A DNA stretch of 60,527 bases, filler included, from an uncultured Myxococcia bacterium (GCA_964617105.1; 33 parts of 33 records of this genome joined end to end with filler, not necessarily neighbours in it), one strand, 5' to 3'; positions 10,500 through 22,023 are shown, counted from the whole stretch's first letter. Notes: generated from the letters alone by a model not told the origin. A program made the numbers and translations.

Positions 10500-10561
10500 T
10501 TACTTATGAATTATTACATTCTTTGTATCATGTACACACTTAATTGTGACAACTTTCGCTA

Positions 10562-11905
10562 ATGATCATTAAACGAAAAATAGAACAACAACTGTCAGAC
10601 TGGTTGGAATCGGAAAATACCAAACCTATTATCCTGAGAGGTGCCCGACAAGTAGGGAAGACCTTTGTTGTCAATCAATTTGCGAAAAAATTTAACCACT
10701 TTATCCAATTGAACCTGGAAAAGCCCAGAGAACGAGAACTTTTTTCCAACTATAATGGCGGACAACAACTATTCGAGCGCATATTATTATACAAGGGCAT
10801 TCGAGCCGACAGAAATAAAACCCTGTTATTTATAGATGAAATCCAAAATTCCAGTAAGGCGATAACTTCTCTACGCTATCTATATGAGGATATAAAAGGT
10901 TTGCGCGTGATTGCCGCTGGCTCTCTGCTTGAGGTTTTTTCCGGGCGGGAAGGATTTTCTTTTCCTGTAGGAAGGGTGCAAAGTTATTTTCTTTATCCCG
11001 TTAATTTTACTGAATATCTACAACACACAAATTCTGTTCTGGCCGAAAAACTGTCTTCTCTCGATTTTGACCAGCCAACTGACACTCACCAATTGTTGCT
11101 TAACCGGTTTTATGAGTATTCTTTTGTCGGTGGTATGCCAGAGGCCGTTTCTGTTTTCCATCATACCAAATCTTACTCTTCTATCAGAGATATTTATGAT
11201 TCAATCCTGATAGGATATATTGAAGATGTCGAAAAATATTCAAACTTGGCCAGGGCAAAATATTTATCATATGCCATTGATAGAGCTCCACTTTATGTTG
11301 CTGAGCGAATAACCTACGAAAAGTTCGGGGAATCCCATTTTAGATCCAGGGAAATGAGTGAGGCTTTTAACTCTCTGGAAAAAGCCCTGATCGTTTTTCG
11401 AGCCAGGCCATCATCATCATTACAGATACCTGTGATTGAAAAACCCCGAAAATCTCCCAAACTATTCTTCCTCGATATTGGCCTGGTGAATTATCGAATC
11501 GGAATAAATTATTTTTTTGATCGCAAGAAACCTTTAAGTGCCGCTTTTAGAGGAAAACTTGCCGAGCAAGTTGTTGCCCAGGAACTTGTTGCCTTGAATA
11601 ATACTGCCCCCAGGCTTTGTTTCTGGGTTAGGGAGAGGGGAACAGCAGAAATTGACTTTATTTATCGCTTTAGGGACTACCTTATTCCGATTGAAGTAAA
11701 AAGTGGGGCCACCGGAAAAATGAAATCATTGAACCTGTTTATGGAAAAAAGCGATCATCCTTATGCTGTCAGGATATATTCTGGAAAAAGTCAAATAGAC
11801 AAAATCCACCTACCTTCCGGCAAAAAATACTTTCTTTTTTCAATCCCCTATTATTTTTTATCAAAATTCGACCAGGCAATTGACTGGTTTATATCGTCTT
11901 ATTAA
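10562..11905 (+). CDS. AAA_14 ATPase with DUF4143 PD-(D/E)xK-like C-terminus
   Basis: GARQVGKT, FIDEIQ, GGMPEAV, KLFFLDIGL, EIDF...IPIEVKSG. Confidence 0.9.
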   Translation: MIIKRKIEQQLSDWLESENTKPIILRGARQVGKTFVVNQFAKKFNHFIQLNLEKPRERELFSNYNGGQQLFERILLYKGIRADRNKTLLFIDEIQNSSKAITSLRYLYEDIKGLRVIAAGSLLEVFSGREGFSFPVGRVQSYFLYPVNFTEYLQHTNSVLAEKLSSLDFDQPTDTHQLLLNRFYEYSFVGGMPEAVSVFHHTKSYSSIRDIYDSILIGYIEDVEKYSNLARAKYLSYAIDRAPLYVAERITYEKFGESHFRSREMSEAFNSLEKALIVFRARPSSSLQIPVIEKPRKSPKLFFLDIGLVNYRIGINYFFDRKKPLSAAFRGKLAEQVVAQELVALNNTAPRLCFWVRERGTAEIDFIYRFRDYLIPIEVKSGATGKMKSLNLFMEKSDHPYAVRIYSGKSQIDKIHLPSGKKYFLFSIPYYFLSKFDQAIDWFISSY

Positions 11906-12261
11906 GTAATAGTGGCCATCAGGAAAACTCCTTTTTAACGATTACACCAGGTGGACCTCATTACAGAAAACTGCAAAAGGCAATACTCTGGTGCGAAATT
12001 CTCGATTTTGATAATTGGCCTGACCTCGATGAACCTGATAAAATATCGGAATCTGAGTCCGTTTGAGGGATAGGAAATTCAAACCACATATCAAAAGTAT
12101 TTTGCCACTACAACGGATGTTCCGGATTTGAAGATGCACGAGAACTATGCTCTCGACCAGTNNNNNNNNNNNNNNNNNNNNNNNNNNNNNNNNNNNNNNN
12201 NNNNNTTAATTAATTAANNNNNNNNNNNNNNNNNNNNNNNNNNNNNNNNNNNNNNNNNNNN

Positions 12262-13021
12262 ATATATTCAGCGGCAAATCGTTCAGAACAGAGGCTTGCC
12301 ACATCTTTTCCGGTTTTTTACCCGATTCCGGTTTTCGGTATGCCCAAAATGTCGACAGGGCTTTGATCAGCAGATCAATTCCTCTAATTCCGATCAATAC
12401 TGCGATTATCACCGCGGTTATGGGGTCCAATTTGATTCCGATCCACTGCCCGATTACTGAAAAGAGCACCACAAAGGAGGAAAACATATCCATACGGCTG
12501 TGAAGGCCATCAGCCTCCAGGGCCGGTGAATTTTCCTGTTGACCGACAATGGTTTTAAACCGGGAGATAAAATAGGAGATGACAATACAGATAGAGACAC
12601 CCAAAATTGCCAGCCAGGGCAGTCGGATGGTATATTCAGCTGCCTGAAAAACCCCGGAAATGATCTCATAGGGCATATATAAAATCACCAAAGCGATCAA
12701 TAGCGAAAGAATTAATTCAATTTTTAAAAACCCATTATTGTCTGGACTGGCAGAATTATTTGCTGTATCACTATTTTCCTTTGGGATTTGATCAGAATTT
12801 TTATCTTCTCTTCTCTGTCGCCAAACCTGGAAAATAAAATTCAATAAAATAACCGAGGAGATAAACAGATCGGAAAAACTATGAAAACAGTCGGCCAGGA
12901 TGGTGATACAGCCGGTAATGACATAGAGTAGATACTTTATGCCAATGAGCACCATATCAACCGCAATTGAGATTATGGAGGCGCGGATTTTACGGTTCAT
13001 TATCTTCAACAGCCTACTCAC
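12262..13021 (-). CDS. Cation diffusion facilitator family transporter (3' partial)
   Basis: LADCFHSFSD and LEADGLHSRMD metal-binding motifs. Confidence 0.85.
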
Positions 13022-13802
13022 CCACAGTCAGGGTTTCAGTCTGGGCGCAGGTGCCGGCTAAAAACCCGGAGAGCACTCCCAGGTCGGCTGAGAGTTGCTT
13101 GTCAAAACCAGATTTTTTATTCACCCCGCACATAACCACCCGATAATCACCAGGTTTGGGAAAAACATCCACAGATAGAGTGATTTTCCCAAAGGCTCCC
13201 AGCCGGGCCCATTTATCACCGCTGAACTGGGGTTTGGAGAAGTCAAAAGTGCTGTAGGTGATCTTGTTGTCCGGCCCATAAACTGTGATGATTCCCTTGA
13301 GGCTAGTAGGTTTCCAGGTGAGTTCCGAGGTGTCGCCGCTAAAACCCGGCTTCTTCTTCCAGGAAAACTCCACTTTATCTTTGGGGGTTTCGGTTGTAGC
13401 TACAAAATTGCCTGGATGCACCCCCTCCTCTTCCGCTTCGGAAGGTAGATCAAATTTGAACTGATAGGTTTTTTCCGAATGGTAAACCAGTTTTTGGTTA
13501 TCTTTGCTGTTGGCCCGGTAATGGCCATTCTCCTTTTGAATAAGTTCCACTATATCCCCCTCCGGCATCCGGAGTTTTACCTTCTCTGCAGTAGTGATAA
13601 ATTCATGATTTTTGGCATCAGAAGTAGAGATAAGGATCAACTCAGCCTCCACAGTGCCGTCAGTTTGCTCAAACAGGGTGGTTACCGCCTGCACTGGAGA
13701 TTTAAGGGTTTTTAACTTTTCCAGATTGCAGGAAACTAGTAAAAAAACCAGCAAGATTATTAGCAGGGCGCCCAAAGTTAAATGATTCGGTTTGTTTCGC
13801 AT
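13014..13802 (-). CDS. Hypothetical lipoprotein
   Basis: Signal peptide ending LVSC. Confidence 0.65.
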   Translation of the reverse strand: MRNKPNHLTLGALLIILLVFLLVSCNLEKLKTLKSPVQAVTTLFEQTDGTVEAELILISTSDAKNHEFITTAEKVKLRMPEGDIVELIQKENGHYRANSKDNQKLVYHSEKTYQFKFDLPSEAEEEGVHPGNFVATTETPKDKVEFSWKKKPGFSGDTSELTWKPTSLKGIITVYGPDNKITYSTFDFSKPQFSGDKWARLGAFGKITLSVDVFPKPGDYRVVMCGVNKKSGFDKQLSADLGVLSGFLAGTCAQTETLTVGE

Positions 13803-14273
13803 GGAGTTTCCTTTTCAGTGGTAAAAAAAAATTATCATATCATTAAAAAATAAGGTATTATTTTAGATTAAACTGTTATTTAATACAACTTAAAAACAGC
13901 GATGGGCATGATGACTGAAAAGGCTACCAATTCAAGTCAATGGAGAAAACATAATGAGAGTAAAATCTTTAATGATTGTGACTATTTTTTCAGCACTGCT
14001 ACTAGTGCTAATGTTAGCCTGCGGGGATGGCAGCAACGAAGGTGATATCTATACCACCACCGGCGGCAGCACTGATGCGGCCGTTGTATTTTTGGTTCAG
14101 GTATACCAGCGCTTCCATGGCGATGGTCTGCTCTTTGTTTGACAGNNNNNNNNNNNNNNNNNNNNNNNNNNNNNNNNNNNNNNNNNNNNTTAATTAATTA
14201 ANNNNNNNNNNNNNNNNNNNNNNNNNNNNNNNNNNNNNNNNNNNNCTATACGATAAAATCTTGGAGGATAACG

Positions 14274-15032
14274 ATGAATGAAGAATTCGAAATTATGCTT
14301 AAATATTTGCGGTTTCCGGGTTTGTTGGCCAATTGGAATCAATATTTGAAGATGGCAGCCAAAAGCAATTTTTCCCACGCCAGCCTTCTTGAACACATAA
14401 TCCGGCAGGAATACAGCATAAAAAAAGAAAATTCCAGGGTGATGCGGATAGCCAGGGCCAAAATCCCACAGAAATATGTTATTGAGACATATCCTTTTTT
14501 AAAACAGAAAAAACTGAACAAGAAAAAAGTGCTGGCTCTCTATGATTCCTTCGAATACATGGAAAAACAGAATAATCTTATTTTTATTGGACCTCCAGGG
14601 GTCGGAAAAACCGGGCTGGCAACTTCCTTTTTAACCCAGGCGATCAACAAAGGATACAATGGCAGGTTTATTGTTTTTCCAAAATTGGTCTCAGAACTCT
14701 ACAGTGCCATCGCTGACCATTCCGAAGAACAAATTATAAAAAAATTCACCAATTATGACATTCTCCTGGTAGATGAACTGGGCTTCGTTGAGATGGAACC
14801 GGCACAGGTGGGTATGTTTTTTACCCTGATGAGCGAAAGATACAAGAAAAAGACTACATTGATAACATCGAATTTGGGATTTAGCCAGTGGGGAACCTTC
14901 TTGAAAAATGACCAACTCACCGCTGCCTTGTTGAGCCGTCTTACTGAGACCAGTTATGTCATCAATATGCGGAAATGCAAGCCCATAAGGGACGTACTGG
15001 ATAAAAACGGATTCTCGGAAGAAACACAATAA
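14274..15032 (+). CDS. istB: IstB-like (IS21 helper) AAA ATPase
   Basis: GPPGVGKTGLA, LLVDELG, TTLITSN, AALLSRL. Confidence 0.85.
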   Translation: MNEEFEIMLKYLRFPGLLANWNQYLKMAAKSNFSHASLLEHIIRQEYSIKKENSRVMRIARAKIPQKYVIETYPFLKQKKLNKKKVLALYDSFEYMEKQNNLIFIGPPGVGKTGLATSFLTQAINKGYNGRFIVFPKLVSELYSAIADHSEEQIIKKFTNYDILLVDELGFVEMEPAQVGMFFTLMSERYKKKTTLITSNLGFSQWGTFLKNDQLTAALLSRLTETSYVINMRKCKPIRDVLDKNGFSEETQ

Positions 15033-15044
15033 GCATCCAAATAA

Positions 15045-15962
15045 GTGTCCAGCCAAAAATCGATGCAGCCTTCCTGTTCGAGCATGAAAAAGTGGGCAAA
15101 TGCCGCTCGAAATATCCCTCTTCGGTATGTTTTGGCCAGAACAGGCGCCAAAAAAGACCGATATGATAAATCCAGATGGATTACAGTAAAGGGGAACATC
15201 TCAATTACAGGATGCAAATTTTTTAACTGGACCCAAAATAAAGGGGGCGGTGGTGCCATTGATCTTGCTATCCACCTTAATGATTTTGATTTTAAACAAG
15301 CCCTATACTGGCTCCAGAAAAACTTCTACTGCCCCCCGGATATCCCGACATATAATACCTGCATCTGCAGGAAGGATGACCGTCCAGATAAAGCAAACCT
15401 CGAACAACAATTAGTTTTGCCCAAAAGGGATGATTATAAATTACCACGGGTAAAACAATATCTCTGCAATCAACGTTTACTGCCGGAAATTATGATAAAC
15501 TCACTGATTCACTCCGGTCGATTATATGCCGACAACCGCCAAAATGCACTCTTTTTACTACTTGGAAAAGAAAAAATGCCGGTAGGAGCTGAACTTGTGG
15601 GAACCGGTTCGATCCGGTGGCGGGGTATGGCAAAAGGTTCGCAAAAAAATCTGGGTGGTTTCTATGTAAACAACGAAAATCCCTCCCATGTTATCCTCTG
15701 TGAATCTGCTATAGATGCTATCTCCTGCCTGGTAATTCATCCAAAATGCCTGGCAATATCTACTTCTGGGCTAAACCCAAACCCTGAATGGCTACCATTT
15801 ATTATCGAACAAAAATGGCCCGTTTTTTGTGGTTTTGATAATGATGATGCCGGTCAACGCATGGCTGATGAAATGATGAAACTATATCCTGCTATCAAAC
15901 GGATAAAACCTGATAAAAAAGATTGGAATGATGTTTTGATTAGAGATCATTGGAAAATGTGA
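15045..15962 (+). CDS. DUF3991/Toprim-like primase-related protein
   Basis: GGGAIDL, YLCNQRLL, LCESAIDAIS, GFDNDDAG, KDWND. Confidence 0.8.
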   Translation: MSSQKSMQPSCSSMKKWANAARNIPLRYVLARTGAKKDRYDKSRWITVKGNISITGCKFFNWTQNKGGGGAIDLAIHLNDFDFKQALYWLQKNFYCPPDIPTYNTCICRKDDRPDKANLEQQLVLPKRDDYKLPRVKQYLCNQRLLPEIMINSLIHSGRLYADNRQNALFLLLGKEKMPVGAELVGTGSIRWRGMAKGSQKNLGGFYVNNENPSHVILCESAIDAISCLVIHPKCLAISTSGLNPNPEWLPFIIEQKWPVFCGFDNDDAGQRMADEMMKLYPAIKRIKPDKKDWNDVLIRDHWKM

Positions 15963-16072
15963 CCAAAACACTCTACCTGTTACAACACTCCATAATGCCC
16001 GCTACGCCAACCTTATCTCTTCTACTTGGAAAAAAAATTAGCCATTCCTTGTTGAATCTCTTGTGGATGAAA

Positions 16073-16121
16073 TGGGGAATTTAAGTGAGCACACCCTGGG
16101 TAGAATAAGTGAGCGCTATAG
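16073..16121 (+). mobile_element. Probable right end of an IS21-like element
   Basis: TGGG-N5-TAAGTGAGC twice at 24-bp period at the contig end, downstream of istB. Confidence 0.5.
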
Positions 16122-16339
16122 NNNNNNNNNNNNNNNNNNNNNNNNNNNNNNNNNNNNNNNNNNNNTTAATTAATTAANNNNNNNNNNNNNNNNNNNNNNN
16201 NNNNNNNNNNNNNNNNNNNNNAGCCAATTCGATCCAAAAGTGGTGAATATTTTTATTTCCTTGATCGATGAGTTGGGGGTGGAAAAGATGTTGGCCGACC
16301 TTTAAAAACGTAAAGAATTCCCGGGATTTCAATCCGTTT

Positions 16340-17104
16340 CTATTTTTCCTCTGGTTCCTCAATTTTCGCAGAAAATAGATCCAGGATAGTAGGCACCAGC
16401 ACATGTTCCACTTCTGACAGTTTGATCGTTCCTTTGGCGCCCAAAGTATCCAATTCTCCCATCAGGGCAGTACTGTGCTCTTCGTCAGTGGTCAAAAATA
16501 TCAGTTTGACTTTGCTGTTTCTTTCCAGTAGTTGTGCCAAAATCGATCGTCCGTCTAAAGATGGCATATCCAGGGCGCAGAGGACTAATTCTGGATAACA
16601 GTCCAGATATTTCATTACCGCTTGCCAACCATTACCGGTGGTGTCGCAAATTTTAAAGTCTCTTTTGTTTAAAAAAGAGGAGAGTGAGGTTTGGACCTTT
16701 TGATCATTGATGGCTATTAGTATATTTACCGGCGTATTTATAACTTTAAAATGTTTTTGAATATGTTCATTGATAATACTTCGCTCAACTTCGCTCAGGT
16801 CGATAAAATGGAGCCCCAGCCCCTGGGGTATTTTTTTCCCTTTGTTGGAATTGACCCACACTATCTTGGAATTGGTGCAGAATTTCTGGTGCAGGTAGGG
16901 AATAGTAAATTCAATATACAATTCACGATTTTCCGGTTCCTCATCCAAGTATTTATCCCCCAGAAGAAAGCAACCACTGGCGCTGATATCCCGCAAAATA
17001 AATTTGCTTGGCACCGCATCTTTGTTTTCCCTGACGAGAATTTTTTTATCAATAGCCAATCTGATAAATTTTCGTCTATCGTCGCTCAAAACCGTTGACC
17101 CCAT
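16340..17104 (-). CDS. PilZ domain plus atypical receiver domain protein
   Basis: RRKFIR and DISASG PilZ motifs; REC lacks the canonical Asp (LVLCALDMP). Confidence 0.85.
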   Translation of the reverse strand: MGSTVLSDDRRKFIRLAIDKKILVRENKDAVPSKFILRDISASGCFLLGDKYLDEEPENRELYIEFTIPYLHQKFCTNSKIVWVNSNKGKKIPQGLGLHFIDLSEVERSIINEHIQKHFKVINTPVNILIAINDQKVQTSLSSFLNKRDFKICDTTGNGWQAVMKYLDCYPELVLCALDMPSLDGRSILAQLLERNSKVKLIFLTTDEEHSTALMGELDTLGAKGTIKLSEVEHVLVPTILDLFSAKIEEPEEK

Positions 17105-17137
17105 TTGTATTTGCAGTTATTATGAAAAGCATTACCC

Positions 17138-17169
17138 TATTGTGCAATATTGTGCAATATTGTGCAATA
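17138..17169. repeat. TATTGTGCAA x3 tandem repeat in a divergent promoter region
   Basis: Read directly from the sequence. Confidence 0.9.
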
Positions 17170-17288
17170 AAAAAAATATTTTACCTTTTGCTGACAATAA
17201 TAAATTATCCTTATATCACAAACCAATTAAATAAACAATGGAGAAAATGTGATAATTTTATTGTCAGCGAATTTTGGGAAAGAGGACT

Positions 17289-18048
17289 ATGTCTAACCGG
17301 AAAAATAATTACCTTTATAGGCCGCGGTTGATCTTTTGGGAGAGTACAGCCGCTTGTAACTTGGAGTGTATCCACTGCCGGAGGCTGGATGTGGCCTCTG
17401 AGCTATGCCACGATGATCTCAAAACCGAAGAGGTGAAAAAGTGGCTAGCAGAGGTGGTTCATTTTAAACCGATTTTGGTGATTTCTGGTGGGGAGCCTTT
17501 GATGCGGCCCGATATTTTTGATATTGCCGTGTGGGCCAAACAACAGGGGCTGATAGTTTCTTTGGCTACCAACGGCACCCTGATTGATGAAAAAAAAGCT
17601 GCTTTGATCAAGAAGGCCGGCATAGACCGGGTGAGTGTCAGTTTTGACGGCGGTACCGCCGGAGTGCATGACACTTTCCGCCAGTTGCCGGGATCCTTTG
17701 AGAGCGCCCTGGCTGGAATCCGGTTTTTACAACAGGCCGAGGTGCCGTTTCAGATCAATACCACTGTGGCCAGGCATAATCTGGCTGAGTTGGAGGATAT
17801 CTTTCAGATGGCTTTGGACTTAGATGCGGTGGCCATCCATTTTTTTCTGCTGGTGCCAGTGGGGTGCGGAGTTGAGATAGCAGAGCAGGAGCGGCTTAGC
17901 CCAGAAGAATACGAAACTGTGCTCAACTGGATCCATGCCAGGGCCATGGAAAAGAAAATCCATATCAAACCCACCTGCGCTCCCCACTACTACCGTATTT
18001 TAAAGCAAACCCGGACTTTTAAAGAGTTGATGCACACGGGAAGAGAGG
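17289..18048 (+). CDS. ahbD: Radical SAM heme b synthase, AhbD-like (3' partial)
   Basis: FWESTAACNLECIHCR, ISGGEPL, HFFLLVPVG.G, KPTCAPHYYRI. Confidence 0.75.
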
Positions 18049-18285
18049 NNNNNNNNNNNNNNNNNNNNNNNNNNNNNNNNNNNNNNNNNNNNTTAATTAA
18101 TTAANNNNNNNNNNNNNNNNNNNNNNNNNNNNNNNNNNNNNNNNNNNNCCTGCCCGAGAATATAAAATTTCCTGTCCCCATCGACCAGATTCATACTTGC
18201 TGGAAGGACAAGGGAGTGGATCCTGAGCAGGAAGTGTAATTATACCTCTGTCCGCGAGCCAGTTACTGATTTTAGGTAAATAGTA

Positions 18286-19975
18286 TCAACCCATGATAGC
18301 CGCTATAGTATTTTCGACTCCTGTGGGCAAATCTTTTTTCTGTAGATTTTTCTGTAGATTTTTTGCCTGATCCCGGAGACCATAAAGGAGAAGAGTGTCT
18401 AATAGGGGAGGCAAAAGCAGGGGATAATTTTCAGCTTCCCTATCTGCCAACTGTAACAATTGGAGCAGTTGAGAGTGTTGGGCGGCAATGATAATTATTT
18501 CCACCAGAGTGGAGATCCCCTGAGCATAATTTTCTGTGATTTTTGAACTGGTGTTTATAGTTTCATCTTCACAAAAAAGATAACTGAACAATAGGCAGAC
18601 CAAAGGTAATTGGGGGCCCGAAAAAATTTGGTATATGAACGATTTTGCATCTTTAGTTTTCCCAGATAATACCAGGCAAATTGCTTTTAACAATACTCCT
18701 TCAGTCAGCATCAGTTCATTGAACGCCGCATCATTTCCACTTAGACTGCCTGGAGAACCAGAGATAGCGATCACCTTTTCGGTTATCTCCTCACAGGTAG
18801 AATAATTCTTTTGGCGAAAAAGAGATTTAGCTAACAGGTTATGGAGGTTACTGTCCCGGGGAAAGATTCGGCAACTTTTTTCCAGGCTTTCTGCCGCTTC
18901 ATCAGTCTGGCCCGAAATCAGTAGAAGTTCACCCCGGCAAATATGGGCCAAGCGGAAATGGGGGTCTATTTTTAAAGCCCGCTCAAAATGTCTGAGGGCA
19001 TTTTCCAGTTTGTGCTGAGCCAGGGATATCTGGGCCAGGTTTAAATATACTTCAGGATTGGGCCGGCGCCAGAGCCGCCAAACCTGCTCCAATATCTCCC
19101 GGGCGTCATCGATTCGTCCCATCCGGATAAGACAGGCGGATATCTGGGTCATGGGCAGATATGATGACGCTCCCAGATTGAATATCTGTGGCGGCAAGGA
19201 TGCATTTATACACTGCTGGAAAAAGCCGATGGCGCTATTGACATTATTGACTTTTAAGGCCAACAACCCTTGGTGGTACAGAATATCACCGCCCTTTGGG
19301 AATTTAGTTTGCCATAGATCCAGGTTTTTTTCTAACTCACTGGTGCGCTGCAGAGTCCAGAGTATCTCCAGGCTAAGGGAGATTATCTGATAAAGAGATC
19401 CAGCCTCATCACTGTCGGAAGGTAAATTTTGGCGGGAATCAATGGCCTGCAGTAGAGAGTCCAAAGCCTTCTTTGGTTTTTCAGCCGCCAAATAATGGAA
19501 AGCCAGGTATAGAGTTAGATCAAGAGATTGGTTTGGATTTTTGGTATAGGCTTCTTCAGATTTTTTTAAATTAGCCTTGAAAAATGGACGTTTAGGGAGA
19601 TTGGGAAATAAAAAACCGGTATTTTTAACATAGATGAGTTCATTATCCAGGTTTATACTTTGCTCTGGCTTCAGTAAAGGCTGGCAGGGAGAAGATTGAA
19701 ATTGAAGATGTGGGTTTTCTTGCCGATTAATCAGCCGGGGCTGGGACCAAAGGTAGACTGTATTGCTTTCAAAACTTTTAAAATGGTACTGTACCTGCAG
19801 GTTGTAAATAGATGGATTGGCGTTAGCCAGTACCTTGTAAAGAGCCAGGTCGTCAAAAAGTAACACCTCTTCATCAGCATCTAAAAAGAGCAACCAATCA
19901 TGCTTGGCTTTTTGAACGGCAATCTTTTTGGCCTCACCTATTGAGCAACCATCAGGTTGTGATGGGGAAAACGGG
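18286..19975 (-). CDS. Family 2 glycosyltransferase with TPR repeats (5' partial)
   Basis: AKHDWLLFLDADE followed by TPR repeats. Confidence 0.75.
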
Positions 19976-20103
19976 NNNNNNNNNNNNNNNNNNNNNNNNN
20001 NNNNNNNNNNNNNNNNNNNTTAATTAATTAANNNNNNNNNNNNNNNNNNNNNNNNNNNNNNNNNNNNNNNNNNNNTAAAAGACAAGAGCAAACGGAGCGA
20101 ACT

Positions 20104-20304
20104 ATGACCGAGTGGGAACAGATCAAGATGGAAACCCAGTTAAATAACCTTAAAACCTATGCCGAGATATTGCAGGAAACTGCTCTAAGTTATGTGCAAT
20201 TGGAGGCCCAACGACTGCAAAAGATGGCTGAGAACCTGGGCCGGGTTATGCCAATGTCTCAGCAGAATTCAACTGGTGATAAAGGATCAAATGATAATGT
20301 CTGA
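20104..20304 (+). CDS. Small phage hypothetical protein
   Basis: RBS GGAG; overlaps the next gene of the tail module. Confidence 0.55.
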   Translation: MTEWEQIKMETQLNNLKTYAEILQETALSYVQLEAQRLQKMAENLGRVMPMSQQNSTGDKGSNDNV

Positions 20305-21244
20305 TTGGCAGCAATGTGATCTAAAAAGTCTGGTGCCTGGCCAGGTTCAGCAGGCGGTGGATACTGTTGGCACTCTGTCAGATACAGCCTCGACTGGCTT
20401 GAAGAGTGCTGCCGGTGGTCTGAAGGTATTGTCATCACTGATAGTAGAGACTAATGACCCGCTTAGTGCCGCTATCAATGATATTACCAGCCGCATTGAC
20501 TCACTAGTGGATATTGTTTTCAACACCCTTCAGACCGGTGTCTATTTTTATGCCGACGGTGGGCCGCTGATAACAGGTGGTGAGCCTGATGGATTACCCG
20601 GGTTTATCTCCAGGCTGGATGCATCCTTACGCGATCCTGGTGATGATATGAGGCCCCAGTTTCGCGATTCGTCCCAGGTGGAGGCAGTAATACTGTGCGC
20701 TGGTGCTGAATCTATTCCCAACCTTTTGCCAATGCTGGAGTTGATGGGGGAGTTGTTCGGTGTTCAGAAATTTAAGGATGCCTCCGAAAGGCTGGCCAAG
20801 GCTCACAATACTTTGCCGGAGGAGATCTATTGGAGTATGCCCTCACCTCCTGATTGGCAGGCGGGTAAAGTGCGGGACTATTTACCACCCCTGGCAGGGG
20901 TTGAAGAAATATTGGAACAAATACTTGGGATGACCCGGACAGCCCGGGGAGTGGGTGATTTTCTTGGTGAGGTGGTCCAGATACTTGAGGAGAAAGCCAA
21001 CATTTTATTGGAGATGGCTGATGAAACCAAAAAACTGGCAGACAGTCTTGAAACGCTTATTGCAACACCTGGTTTGAATGGCTTGCACATTAAAACCAAT
21101 GACGGCAACGAGGGGTTTATCAAAGAGATAAAGCAGGCAAAAAGCCCGCCACCGTGGCACTACGACAGTTGGGTTGTGGGCGTTGTTTTACTTGGCGGTA
21201 GTGGTGACTTTACCAAAATACCGGGGCTGTTTGGTTTTTCCTGA
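20297..21244 (+). CDS. Phage tail/baseplate-region hypothetical protein (315 aa)
   Basis: Long ORF (probable start MSDWQQ) directly upstream of the gp25-like gene. Confidence 0.6.
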   Translation: MSDWQQCDLKSLVPGQVQQAVDTVGTLSDTASTGLKSAAGGLKVLSSLIVETNDPLSAAINDITSRIDSLVDIVFNTLQTGVYFYADGGPLITGGEPDGLPGFISRLDASLRDPGDDMRPQFRDSSQVEAVILCAGAESIPNLLPMLELMGELFGVQKFKDASERLAKAHNTLPEEIYWSMPSPPDWQAGKVRDYLPPLAGVEEILEQILGMTRTARGVGDFLGEVVQILEEKANILLEMADETKKLADSLETLIATPGLNGLHIKTNDGNEGFIKEIKQAKSPPPWHYDSWVVGVVLLGGSGDFTKIPGLFGFS

Positions 21245-21291
21245 TTATCGGACTGATAGCAGCATAATGGTGTGAAATATAACCGAACAGA

Positions 21292-21747
21292 GTGGAACAG
21301 GAGAATACATTTACAGCACTGGATATGAGCATGGAATTTAAAAACCAGCACCTATGCATTGACCTGATATTGGATGACCAGAGGGAACTAGTGGTATCGC
21401 CATCAGGAGATTTGGCCCTTACCCAGGACGGGTGGAAGTCACTTATGCAAGACGTTAAAAATCTGCTCCAGACCTTACCGGGTGATCTGTTTTCTCATCC
21501 TGAATACGGATGCGGTTTGAGTCGGCTGCTGGGTGATGACTATGATTGTGACCAAAAATTGATTGAGCGGACTATTGGCGATGCACTTTTATACAACCAG
21601 GCGGTTGCCTCTCGAATAGAGGATGGTCGGGTGCTTTGTAAGGCGCAGAGGATAGATGGAGATAACGGAGAGGTTGGAACTGGCGTCGAAGTTGAAGTGG
21701 AAATCGAGGTGGATGGCCTCAGTGAAGTAGTTACATATCATTCATAA
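21292..21747 (+). CDS. gp25/W-like baseplate wedge protein
   Basis: GDLALT.DG...QDV...L.T.PGDLFSHPEYG.GL. Confidence 0.75.
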   Translation: MEQENTFTALDMSMEFKNQHLCIDLILDDQRELVVSPSGDLALTQDGWKSLMQDVKNLLQTLPGDLFSHPEYGCGLSRLLGDDYDCDQKLIERTIGDALLYNQAVASRIEDGRVLCKAQRIDGDNGEVGTGVEVEVEIEVDGLSEVVTYHS

Positions 21748-21846
21748 ATAGGTGGGCTCATAAAAAATGGATTCATAACAGGTGGAATAAACGGCCAGAT
21801 AAACGACGGATAGATAAACGAAATGGAATTTATGGAGGATTTATAA

Positions 21847-21891
21847 ATGGAATTAAAAACCTATGACCAGATAGTGACAGAGACGATAGAG
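21847..21891 (+). CDS. Probable baseplate J N-terminus (3' partial)
   Basis: GGAGGA RBS, MELKTYDQIVTETIE, position after gp25. Confidence 0.45.
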
Positions 21892-22023
21892 NNNNNNNNN
21901 NNNNNNNNNNNNNNNNNNNNNNNNNNNNNNNNNNNTTAATTAATTAANNNNNNNNNNNNNNNNNNNNNNNNNNNNNNNNNNNNNNNNNNNNAATGGTAAT
22001 CTCACCAAATAAGGAGCAAAAGC

